Shown: positions 54,742 through 63,251, counted from the first letter of the stretch. The stretch is DNA of 64,000 nucleotides from Dehalococcoidia bacterium (GCA_050011565.1 JBEKIW010000001.1:192001-256000); one strand, 5' to 3'. A program made the numbers and translations. The notes: generated by a model not told the origin, from the letters alone.

Positions 54742-54751
54742 TTAAATGTGG

Positions 54752-56038
54752 CTAAGTTTTGAAGGTCAGGGTAAGGATGTCGGCAAGCTCGACTTTGTCA
54801 CCTTCTCTCAATAAGTACCTGCCTTTTCCCTCGATACTGGACCTGTTCAGTTTGGTGCCGTTGGTGCTGTTGCGGTCCTCGATATAACATTCTCCATCTT
54901 CACAGTCGAATCGTATGTGCTGCCTGGAAATCAGGTCAGCTTTGTCCGGCTTCACCAGGGAGCGGAAATCACTTCTGCCCAGAGATCCGGCATTGCCGGA
55001 TAGGGATAATTGCTCACCGTTCGACAATATAAACTTCGGCCCAGGGCCCGTGTCGACGGGTGTGGTGGCCGGGGCACCATTTGCAGTCCGTGTAGCGGTA
55101 GCCAGATATCCGGCCCGTGCACCGGCATAGGCTGCGGTAGGCCTTCTAACAAAAAGGACGACGGCCGCCGCGGCGGCTACAGCCAGAAGTCCGAGCAACA
55201 TGATATACAACATCCCGGAATTGCCCGAGCCGTCGCCGCTCAACCCGCTGGTCAAGATACTACTTGTTCCCGTATTGGCGACGTTTCCACTGCCGGCTAT
55301 TGGCGTGCTGCTGGTGGTGTAGGTGGATACGTACGGAGCGACCGTCACGGTGGTGCTGGCATTCACGCTGCCATCGCTATTGGTAGCCGTAAGTGTATAG
55401 GTAGTTGTATAACCAGGACTCAGATTGTATGAGCCAGAACTTGGGACAGACCCAATCCCGGGGGATAAAGTGACCGTAGTTGCATCGTTCACCGTCCACG
55501 TCAGCACAATTCCCTGCCCACTCTGAATGTAAGATGGGTTAGCGGTAAACGAGTTGATTACCGGCGGACAGTCAATTTGCGGTTGAGGCTGCCGTTGAGG
55601 CTGCTGAACTACTACCACGTTCGAACATACGTAATAGGACCACCTATAGTTACAAGGCCAGGAACATTCCGGACAACAGCGAAAGTATTGATTAGGCCAC
55701 GGGGAGCTCCACCTATAGGGTGGTGGTGGTGTAGGTGGGGCAGGCGGCGGCGGAGGAGGAGGAGGAGGAGGTGGTGGTGGAGGTGGTGGAGGTGGTGGAG
55801 GTGGCGGTGGTGGCGGTGCCGATGGTGCAGGTGGTGGAGGAGCAGAAGAGGTAGAGGTGGCGGTGGCAGTAGCAGTAGCAGTGGCAGTGGCGGAGGAATC
55901 GGTGGTGGTGACCGTAGCGGTGGCCGTAGCGGTGGCCGTAGCGGTATCTTCGGCAGATACCGGTGTGGCCTGGAATACTGGCGCAGAGCATAGTAATAAT
56001 GCTGCTGCAAGGACTAGGATTGCTTTTTTGAAGTTCAT
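54752..56038 (-). CDS. Single-pass membrane protein: signal peptide, Thr/Ala and poly-Pro stalk, Cys-rich segment, Ig-like module, TM, cytoplasmic FHA
   Basis: AAGGAGG RBS; MNFKK signal peptide; TM followed by RRP; FHA motifs LGRSDF..ISRQH..EDRNSTNGT. Confidence 0.85.
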   Translation of the reverse strand: MNFKKAILVLAAALLLCSAPVFQATPVSAEDTATATATATATVTTTDSSATATATATATATSTSSAPPPPAPSAPPPPPPPPPPPPPPPPPPPPPPPPPAPPTPPPPYRWSSPWPNQYFRCCPECSWPCNYRWSYYVCSNVVVVQQPQRQPQPQIDCPPVINSFTANPSYIQSGQGIVLTWTVNDATTVTLSPGIGSVPSSGSYNLSPGYTTTYTLTATNSDGSVNASTTVTVAPYVSTYTTSSTPIAGSGNVANTGTSSILTSGLSGDGSGNSGMLYIMLLGLLAVAAAAAVVLFVRRPTAAYAGARAGYLATATRTANGAPATTPVDTGPGPKFILSNGEQLSLSGNAGSLGRSDFRSLVKPDKADLISRQHIRFDCEDGECYIEDRNSTNGTKLNRSSIEGKGRYLLREGDKVELADILTLTFKT

Positions 56039-56141
56039 TGTACCTCCTTATTTATTTTTTATTTTTTAAACTTCAATAACAGAACAGAGCAAACCAAAAA
56101 TGCTGTTGTCAGGATGAAAATTGTCTTTCTGAAATTCATGG

Positions 56142-57725
56142 TCACTCCTTATTTATATTTTGTTTCTGGAAATTGATGCTAAGTTTGCCGGCAAGCTCAA
56201 TTACATCGCCGTCAGCCAGCGCATGCCGGCCGGTCCCCTTGATATCCGTACCGTTGACCCTGGTGCCGTTGGTGCTGCTGCGGTCCTCGATGTAGTACTG
56301 GTCGTTTTCGGACCATATGTTGATGTGCTGCCTGGATATGTAAGAGACCTGTGCACTGGGCATGAAATCCTCAAAGTCACGCCTGCCGAACGACCTGGTA
56401 TTACCTGCCAGCAGTATATCGTTCCCGCCCGCCAGGGAGAGTTTAGCCGCGGCGGCCTCTACCACAGGCGTGGTGACTGGCTGTGTATCCGAGGTATTTG
56501 TGTCTTCAGTCTGAGTGGCGTGTCCTGCTTGTGTGTCTGCCGCCTGTACCCTGCGGGCTTTAGCAGGTCTCCTGATAAGCAAAATGGCTATGACTATGAC
56601 CGTTATGGCCAGCAAGGCTATAAGGCCCCAGAGCAAATAGGGCGGCTGCTCTACATTGACCGTTACCGATGTTGACTGCGAAGTACCGTCAATATAGGCA
56701 GCGGTCAGGGTGTACGTAGTCGTATTATCCGGCGATACCTGCGTGGTGCCGCTGATGTCGGCGCTGCCGACGCCGGTGATTAGTACCCGGATTGCCCCGG
56801 GGGCATTCCAGTAGAGGGACGTCGACTGCCCCCTCTGTATGGTGGACTGGCTCATATTAATGGTGGGCGACACCCTGGGCCTGACCGTTATGGTTGCAGT
56901 CGATGAAACAGAGCTGCCCGATTTGCCGTTGGCCGCCAGAGTATAGGTGGTGGTGGCGGTTGGACTCACCGTAGTAGAGCCGGAAGCGGCGACCGTTCCA
57001 ACTCCGGGTGATATGCTCACGCTGGCAGCGTTAGTGGTCGTCCAGGTGAGTATAGCTGTCTCACCGGCTTCGATAGAAGATTTGTTGGCGCTGAATGAGC
57101 TAATCGATGGGGGATTATAAACCGGCGCCGGCGTAAAGTCGGGTATGTCCGGTGGATAATAACTCCGGATGTAATTGAAGTTCAATAAACGCGTCGACCA
57201 TGAATACCCGGAAAGGAACCACATCCTCCAGGTGTACCCTCCGGCAGGGTCAAACGACTGGGCGGCAAAAGGACCTATTCTCCAGACGCCGGCGTACGGG
57301 CGATACCATCTGTAACACAGCCAGTGTCCGTAGGGCGAAGTGCCGTAAGGGTAGTATTCCCATAGATAGAAATAGCCCGGCCCGTTGAAGGAAACGACCA
57401 GATAGATTGCCTCGTTTCCATATAGGTTGCTCAGTGTCTGACCGTAGCTGTTGACGAGGTAGGCATTTACCATTGAGCTCGGGATACCGGGTTCCAGGGA
57501 CAGCGGCGCCATTTGCAGGCTCGGCGAGGTCTGGCTGTATGTTTCCGCTGGCACCGGTGGCTCTATAGACTCTCCTCCTTCATCGGGAGGTTGCCATGAT
57601 TCATCAGGGCTTAATGGCGGAACCGGGTTGTCGTCTGCCCGGACGGGTGAGATTTCAGTAATGGCGACTGAGAAAGCCAGGGTGGTGACCAGCAAAGCTA
57701 TCAAGATTTTTTTCATGTGTGACAT
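56142..57725 (-). CDS. Single-pass membrane protein: signal peptide, aromatic-rich domain, two Ig-like modules, TM, cytoplasmic FHA
   Basis: GGGAG RBS before ATG 57725; MKKILI signal peptide; TM followed by RRP; FHA motifs FGRRDF..ISRQH..EDRSSTNGT. Confidence 0.85.
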   Translation of the reverse strand: MSHMKKILIALLVTTLAFSVAITEISPVRADDNPVPPLSPDESWQPPDEGGESIEPPVPAETYSQTSPSLQMAPLSLEPGIPSSMVNAYLVNSYGQTLSNLYGNEAIYLVVSFNGPGYFYLWEYYPYGTSPYGHWLCYRWYRPYAGVWRIGPFAAQSFDPAGGYTWRMWFLSGYSWSTRLLNFNYIRSYYPPDIPDFTPAPVYNPPSISSFSANKSSIEAGETAILTWTTTNAASVSISPGVGTVAASGSTTVSPTATTTYTLAANGKSGSSVSSTATITVRPRVSPTINMSQSTIQRGQSTSLYWNAPGAIRVLITGVGSADISGTTQVSPDNTTTYTLTAAYIDGTSQSTSVTVNVEQPPYLLWGLIALLAITVIVIAILLIRRPAKARRVQAADTQAGHATQTEDTNTSDTQPVTTPVVEAAAAKLSLAGGNDILLAGNTRSFGRRDFEDFMPSAQVSYISRQHINIWSENDQYYIEDRSSTNGTRVNGTDIKGTGRHALADGDVIELAGKLSINFQKQNINKE

Positions 57726-57760
57726 TAAACTCCCGAATACCATATGTTCTATTAAGATTA

Positions 57761-57826
57761 ACTATACGTCTGGCGGGAGCAGGCTGCTTGACTCTGGGCT
57801 GACAGGTCACTGACAGTTACCTGACA
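57761..57826 (-). promoter_or_regulatory. Promoter with four phased 11-bp direct repeats (pho-box-like)
   Basis: Plus strand TTGACT(57788), CTGACA(57799), CTGACA(57810), CTGACA(57821); minus-strand -10 TATAGT at 57766-57761, 21 nt away. Confidence 0.75.
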
Positions 57827-57887
57827 AAATAGAAGACGCAGATAAATTATTATTGAGGGGTTAATCTGTGATGGGTTTTCCCAGGGG

Positions 57888-58970
57888 TCAAAGGAGGTGA
57901 AACTTTAGATGTACCGCACCGGCCGGTTCTATAATGTCATCGTCATCCAGGCTGACCGGTCCCTGGCCGCTGATGTCCTTGCCGTTTAGATGGGTGCCGT
58001 TGGCGCTGCCCAGGTCCTCGACGTAGAACTGCTCGTCGTCCAATTTAATCTGGAAATGTCGTCTGGAGATGAGCCCCAGGTCATCCAGGCTTAGCGCTCT
58101 GGCGAGGTCACCCCGGCCTATCACTCTGCTCTTGCCGGAAAGCTGAATATCGATGCCATTGGGTAAGGTTATTTTTGCCCTGGCGGCTGATGGTAAGGCT
58201 GCAGATAGGTCTTTAGTCTTTGCCCCACCTGACGAGGATACACTATCCTGACTTCTCCTTCGCCTGATATAAATCGGCAGCAGAGCCAGACCGACCACTA
58301 CGACCAGCAGGCAGGCGCCGAGAACCGGCCGGGTGATAAGTCCAAAGACTGTAGCGGGGAAGCTAGCTTCTTTGGCAGGGGCTTCGGGTGATGGTGGCGG
58401 TACCGGCTCAGCAGGTTTGCCTTTCGAATACGTCCAGTAAACAAGATTATTCTGTGGAGTATCCGGGTTTCCAGCAGCCCATTGGCCGTCGCTGTAGAAC
58501 CGAATCCGGTAAATATGTTGTCCCTCCGGTTCGTTATTCGTGGGTGTAAAGGGGCCAAGCCGCCACAGGCCGCTTTCCAGCAATTGCCATTTGTAGGCTA
58601 GCCACTGTCCCTGAAAATCACCGCCAGCCGGAAAGGATTCATATATATAAATCCACCCGGGCATGTTTATGTCCACGTCCAGGTACCAGTTTTCATTTGC
58701 AGTGACCGTGAATTCTTCCTGTCCTGAGGCAGCGATGAAACCAGCTATAAAGTTAGGAGTCGTATTTTCAGACTGAGACGTAGGTTCCACCAGGACATAT
58801 TCGACCGGCGGCTTGATTTCAACCTGAGACTGGTCGCCGGCGGGGACATTCGGTATAGTCGTATTATCAGTTGGCGCTCCCAGCGCCCCGACATATGCCG
58901 TCTGGAGGCTCAGCGCTGAAAAAACGCCGAAAATCAAAGTAAAAGTAAGCAACAGTAACGCTTTTCTCAT
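57888..58970 (-). CDS. Single-pass membrane protein: signal peptide, aromatic-rich domain, TM, cytoplasmic FHA
   Basis: MRKALL signal; TM followed by RRRR; FHA motifs IGRGDL..ISRRH..EDLGSANGT; 4-bp overlap with the kinase gene. Confidence 0.85.
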   Translation of the reverse strand: MRKALLLLTFTLIFGVFSALSLQTAYVGALGAPTDNTTIPNVPAGDQSQVEIKPPVEYVLVEPTSQSENTTPNFIAGFIAASGQEEFTVTANENWYLDVDINMPGWIYIYESFPAGGDFQGQWLAYKWQLLESGLWRLGPFTPTNNEPEGQHIYRIRFYSDGQWAAGNPDTPQNNLVYWTYSKGKPAEPVPPPSPEAPAKEASFPATVFGLITRPVLGACLLVVVVGLALLPIYIRRRRSQDSVSSSGGAKTKDLSAALPSAARAKITLPNGIDIQLSGKSRVIGRGDLARALSLDDLGLISRRHFQIKLDDEQFYVEDLGSANGTHLNGKDISGQGPVSLDDDDIIEPAGAVHLKFHLL

Positions 58971-59992
58971 TTCCGTGACTTGACCTCGACAGACTTTACC
59001 GGATAGCCGTCCGCTGACGATAAAGCGGCACGAAAAGCTTGTGCGTCAGCAAACCTGTGGTCGGCGGAGAACAGTATGCCCTGTGCCAGGCATTTTGCCG
59101 TGCGCTTGGATATGCCGCAGGAAATAAGGTAATCGGCAACAGCAGTGGCTTCAGCGTAAGAACGCGGCCAGTTGGACTTGAACAAGTCCAGGCAAATCTC
59201 GTTCGGCTGCTTGAGTGTGAGGAGATATATACAGGTCTGTGCCAGGCCGAAGAGGTCGCAGCGCTGGTCGCAGTCCCCGCCAATGAACAATTCGGGAATA
59301 TCGAAACCCTTGTTTGTTATCTTGGTGAACGGGTCATGGCCTGCCTTATCTTTGCCTGAACCATTCAAGTTTTTCGCCGTGCCGAAATCGATAAGCTTGA
59401 CCGTGCCGTCGCTGCTCAACATGATGTTCTTTGGGTTAATATCCCTGTGAATTACGCCAGCTTTGTGAATATAGGAAAGAGCATCCAGCAGCTGGCAAGC
59501 CCAGGCGACGACCTGTGGCTCCTGAAAAGGAGTTCTCGGCGATGATGCCATTAGGGTCTCTCCATTCACGTACTCAACGACCAGGTGAAATTCGCCCTTA
59601 TAGTAGAAATTGTCGACGTATTTAACGATGCCGGTATGTTTCAGCCGCTTCAGGTAGCTGGCTTCCAGCATCAGCTTGTCCAGGTACACGTTATCCATCG
59701 TCGTGCCCCGGCGCGGTGTCTTGATAATGCACGCCCTGCCTGTTCTGCGCTCCCGGGCGAACCATATAGTCGCCATGCCACCCTGTTTATGAGGCGGTGC
59801 CATCAGTTCATAGCGACTGTTAACGACGTATATGTTATTACCCGCCTGGGCAGGTATCTGTGTCTTCCCGTGGTTTGAACGTGAGCTGTGGCTCTTACGC
59901 TTACGAAGGGCAATCAATATAGCCACGGCTACTATCAGAACCGTATAGACCAGGACCATTAACAAAACGATATCATCTGTAGGCCACATCAT
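58967..59992 (-). CDS. Hanks-type Ser/Thr protein kinase with N-terminal TM anchor
   Basis: GGMATIW, IIK, HTGIV, EYVNG, IHRDINPKNI, LIDFG, PE, DLFGL. Confidence 0.9.
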   Translation of the reverse strand: MMWPTDDIVLLMVLVYTVLIVAVAILIALRKRKSHSSRSNHGKTQIPAQAGNNIYVVNSRYELMAPPHKQGGMATIWFARERRTGRACIIKTPRRGTTMDNVYLDKLMLEASYLKRLKHTGIVKYVDNFYYKGEFHLVVEYVNGETLMASSPRTPFQEPQVVAWACQLLDALSYIHKAGVIHRDINPKNIMLSSDGTVKLIDFGTAKNLNGSGKDKAGHDPFTKITNKGFDIPELFIGGDCDQRCDLFGLAQTCIYLLTLKQPNEICLDLFKSNWPRSYAEATAVADYLISCGISKRTAKCLAQGILFSADHRFADAQAFRAALSSADGYPVKSVEVKSRK

Positions 59993-60807
59993 ATTCTCCT
60001 GATGCTGGTCTGGGCTGTAATCATAGCCTGCCAGGATGGAAGGTTGTCGGGTTTCACCACTATTATCGATATATTATCCGGTCCGCCCGCCAGGTTAGCC
60101 TGAGCCGTCAGGTCAATGCAGGCCTGGTTGGGATTGGGAGAACCGGTAACGGTCTCCGATATCTCAGGTGAAGGCAACACGCCGCACAGACCGTCGGAAC
60201 AGAGGAGGATATTGTCACCGGCGTATAGTTTTACATGAAACAGGTCCGGGACAACGGTCCGGGCATAACCAAGTACGCGCGTTATCTCGTTCTTGCGCGG
60301 GTGGTTCCAGGCTTGTTCCGGTGTGATAGTTCCTGCATCCACGAGCTGTTGGACTACAGAATGGTCTTTGGTGATCTGGATGGTCTCCCGTCCGTTGATT
60401 ACATAGCACCTGGAATCGCCTATATGGGCGACATATAGGTCCTCACCTACAACAAGTGCAGCGGTCAGGGTAGTACCCATGCCTTTCAACTCACCCTCGG
60501 CGGCAGAATCCAGAACCTTGCGGTTAGCCTTCTTGAAGGCAGCAGCCAAAATAGACAGGGGTGGAGTCGGGGACTGGGCGAGAAGACCGGAAATACACTC
60601 TGCATGGAGGGTCCTGGTGGCGAGGTCGCTGGCAATTTCACCGGCACTGTGCCCGCCCATACCGTCTGCCACGGCAAAGAGGCCAGCGGAGATTGTTCCC
60701 AGGTGGGTCCTGAGATCGAAGCTGGTGCATAAAACGCTATCTTCGTTGAGGTCTCTTAGCAGACCTGTGTCCCAGCTATAACCTATTTCCAATCGGTCCT
60801 CCGGCAT
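59989..60807 (-). CDS. PP2C-family (Stp1/PrpC-like) Ser/Thr phosphatase
   Basis: R..NED, VADGMGGH..GE.AS, MGTT, HIGDSR.Y, TKDHS, LLCSDGL, GGPDNIS. Confidence 0.93.
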   Translation of the reverse strand: MPEDRLEIGYSWDTGLLRDLNEDSVLCTSFDLRTHLGTISAGLFAVADGMGGHSAGEIASDLATRTLHAECISGLLAQSPTPPLSILAAAFKKANRKVLDSAAEGELKGMGTTLTAALVVGEDLYVAHIGDSRCYVINGRETIQITKDHSVVQQLVDAGTITPEQAWNHPRKNEITRVLGYARTVVPDLFHVKLYAGDNILLCSDGLCGVLPSPEISETVTGSPNPNQACIDLTAQANLAGGPDNISIIVVKPDNLPSWQAMITAQTSIRRI

Positions 60808-60814
60808 TTCTGCT

Positions 60815-61411
60815 TCATTTCGACTCTTTCAGCAATTTGAAAGTCAGTGTAAGTTCCGGCTGACCGGCCAGTTCAATCTTATCGCCGTCTTGGAGAGCCT
60901 TCTTTCTTTTGTCATAGATATCAATTCCGTTAAGCCTGGTATGGTTGGTGCTGCCCTTACCGTCGCGTCCGTAGTCCTTCAAGTAGTATTTGCCTCTATC
61001 ACAGGTAATCAAAATATGCTGCCTGGAAACTCTCATCAGCAACTCTGGTGATAATGTGCCGTTAAAATCGCCGCGCTCTATGAACACAGGCTCACCGGTG
61101 AGGGTGATTTCACCACCGCCCGGCATCATCACCTTAGCTTTCGGCGCCGAAGACCGCAGTGCGCCCCGTTTCTGCCTGACTGGCCGCTTGCTTATTTTTG
61201 TTTCCTCTACATCGGCGAAATATTTACCGCAGGTGTAACAGAAAAAACTGGCGGCATTGTTTGTGCTCCGGCACCTGGGGCAGATGATTTTGCGTTCAGG
61301 CCCGTCCGGCGCTATGGCGGCAAGAGGCAGCCCGCATTTGCGACAGACTTTTTCGTGCGGCTCATTCTTTGTATGGCATGCCCGACAAAGCACTTTGGCT
61401 CGTTTAGTCAT
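60815..61411 (-). CDS. Double zinc-ribbon + FHA domain protein
   Basis: CRAC..CRKCG..CPRC..CYTCG then FHA (ERGDF..VSRQH..GSTNHT); start set at ATG 61411 because the longer ORF overlaps the divergent regulator antisense. Confidence 0.8.
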   Translation of the reverse strand: MTKRAKVLCRACHTKNEPHEKVCRKCGLPLAAIAPDGPERKIICPRCRSTNNAASFFCYTCGKYFADVEETKISKRPVRQKRGALRSSAPKAKVMMPGGGEITLTGEPVFIERGDFNGTLSPELLMRVSRQHILITCDRGKYYLKDYGRDGKGSTNHTRLNGIDIYDKRKKALQDGDKIELAGQPELTLTFKLLKESK

Positions 61412-61439
61412 TATTTTAGCAGTCCGTGGTTTTAACATC

Positions 61440-61505
61440 AGTGTAATTGATTGATGAGGACTTTGCTTGACAGCTTTCTGACAAATACCTAATATAAATC
61501 TGATA
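61440..61505 (-). promoter_or_regulatory. Promoter with phased 11-bp direct repeats in the divergent intergenic region
   Basis: Plus strand TTGACA(61467), CTGACA(61478), CTAATA(61489), CTGATA(61500); minus-strand -10 TACACT at 61445-61440, 21 nt away. Confidence 0.68.
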
Positions 61506-61586
61506 TACTCATGGTTACGGGACGATTGTGACGTACGTATTATACTACAGGGAGCGAATACGGGCCCAAACGAATGGAGGTAAGGC

Positions 61587-62270
61587 GTGGCTTCTCTAAT
61601 TGTGAAGAGGGGTAATGCGGAGGATGTCGGTAAAATCTTCACTTTGAACGACTCGTCTACCGTGGTGGGCCGCCTGACTTCGCAGAATAAACCTGATATA
61701 GAATTGGGCGCCGATGTTATTTCCAGACGGCACCTGGAAATCCTGCTGCAGGATGGCAGGTACTGGCTGAAAGACCTGGGCAGCACCAACGGCACCATGC
61801 TAAATGATGACAGGATAATTCCTGGCAATCTATACGAACTCAAGCATAACAGCAAGATCGGGCTTGGGGTGGAAGGAACTTCAGCGCAAACAGTTCTGCA
61901 GTTTAAGGAATCCGAAGATACTAACATAATGCACGGGAAAGAACCCCCGGCTGGAAAGCACGGCACGTTCCCTGCAGTGGCATGGCTGAAAATCGACGAG
62001 GGGAAAAAGGAAGCTGTGGTAGACGGCAAACAGCAGAAGCTATCCAAAAAGGAGTATGAGCTGATACGGTTGCTCTATAGAAATGCCGGAAATATATGCT
62101 CGCGTGACGAGATAATTGAAGCCGTATGGCCCGAAAGCCAGGACCCTTCGGCTATATCCGATGCCACCATCGACCAGCTAATTCACCGGCTGCGTGAAAA
62201 AGTGGAACCCGAACCTGCCAGCCCCTCGCGTATCATCAGCAAAAAAGCATTCGGTTATATGCTGGTGTAA
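61587..62270 (+). CDS. FHA + OmpR/PhoB-type winged-helix transcriptional regulator
   Basis: GGAGG RBS; FHA VGR..ISRRH..DLGSTNGT; wHTH LSKKEYELI.LL..SRDEIIEAVW..IDQLIHRLREKVEPEP.SP..I..GY. Confidence 0.9.
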   Translation: MASLIVKRGNAEDVGKIFTLNDSSTVVGRLTSQNKPDIELGADVISRRHLEILLQDGRYWLKDLGSTNGTMLNDDRIIPGNLYELKHNSKIGLGVEGTSAQTVLQFKESEDTNIMHGKEPPAGKHGTFPAVAWLKIDEGKKEAVVDGKQQKLSKKEYELIRLLYRNAGNICSRDEIIEAVWPESQDPSAISDATIDQLIHRLREKVEPEPASPSRIISKKAFGYMLV

Positions 62271-62298
62271 ACAGGTTTTTTGAACGTGCGCGGCTTAG

Positions 62299-63048
62299 CT
62301 ACCGGCTCCTTTGTCTGAAGGCCTCGTACATTACCAGGGCGGCGGCGACGGAAGCGTTAAGCGAGGTAATTTCCCCTCGCATGGGTATGTGCGCCAGAAA
62401 ATCGCATTTCTTTCTAACCAGCTCGGATAAGCCTTTGCCTTCACTGCCGATGACAATGGCTACCGGCGACTTGAAGTCCATCTGGCTGTATTCAACTTGT
62501 CCGCTGCGGTCTATGCCGATGACCCAGACGTTGTTTTTCTTGAGGGTTTCAATTGCCCCGGCGATGCTGGAGACGCTGGCTACGGGCATATACCACATGG
62601 CGCCGGCCGATGCCTTGGCCACCGTTGCGGTGAGACCGGCTGCTCTTCTTTCCCGGATAATCACGCCGTGAATGCCACTGGCATAAGCCGTCCTCAATAT
62701 GGAGCCCAGATTCTGCGGGTCTTCAATGCCGTCGAGAATTACATAGAGCGGCGGCTCGGTCTTTTCCGCGGAGACAGCCAGCAAATCGTCCAGGCTGACA
62801 TATTCTTTAGCTGCGGCGTAGGCAATAACTCCTTGATTGGTAGCGGTTACGCTCTGCTTGTCTATGATATGCCTGGCCACGCGTTCCACGGGTATATTTT
62901 TGGCTCGGGCCAGGCGGAGTATTTCAGTGACGGCGTCACCCGGCTTGATACTGTCGGCGAGGAGTATTTTGTTGACGGGATAGCCGGACTTGAGCAGCTC
63001 GATTACCGGGTTTTTACCTTCGATGATGGATGGCATGTTACCTGGCAT
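62299..63048 (-). CDS. rlmB: 23S rRNA (guanosine-2'-O)-methyltransferase RlmB / TrmH family
   Basis: EGKNPV.E, QGV, LDGIEDPQNLGSILRT, GSEGKG, IPM.G.I.SLNASVA. Confidence 0.9.
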   Translation of the reverse strand: MPGNMPSIIEGKNPVIELLKSGYPVNKILLADSIKPGDAVTEILRLARAKNIPVERVARHIIDKQSVTATNQGVIAYAAAKEYVSLDDLLAVSAEKTEPPLYVILDGIEDPQNLGSILRTAYASGIHGVIIRERRAAGLTATVAKASAGAMWYMPVASVSSIAGAIETLKKNNVWVIGIDRSGQVEYSQMDFKSPVAIVIGSEGKGLSELVRKKCDFLAHIPMRGEITSLNASVAAALVMYEAFRQRSR

Positions 63049-63125
63049 ATTGTAACAAAATCAAAGATTAAAAGTTAAAAATCAAAAAATTTCGGTTACG
63101 GCGATTAAAAATGATTTCAGAGATA

Positions 63126-63251
63126 GAGATTGCCACGTCCTTCAGCGAAAGGACTCGCAATGACAGGAGGAGAAAAGAGCTTCTATTCTTCGATAGGCTC
63201 AGAATGAGCGGAACGTTGGGCTCAGATTCTTCGACAAGCTCAGAATGAGCG
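63126..63251. repeat. REP-like repeats
   Basis: GAGATTGCCACG..CTCGCAATGACA plus two CTTCGA.A.GCTCAGAATGAGCG units. Confidence 0.7.

Noticed and set aside
55577-56069. Arg/Trp-, His- and Val/Ala-rich ORFs
   Set aside because: Alternative frames of the poly-Pro and Thr-Ala codon repeats.
56100-56135. TTGTCA/TTGTCT upstream of the third FHA receptor as another operator
   Set aside because: Opposite orientation and 15-bp spacing; does not fit the 11-bp phased motif.
57738-57750. Possible LexA box (GAAC-N4-GTTC type) near the receptor start
   Set aside because: Only one half-site matches; no convincing SOS box was seen upstream of uvrB or ruv either.
61412-62047. N-terminal 211 aa of the 410-aa ORF 60815-62047
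   Set aside because: Overlaps the FHA-wHTH gene antisense and the promoter repeats; the real gene most likely starts at 61411.
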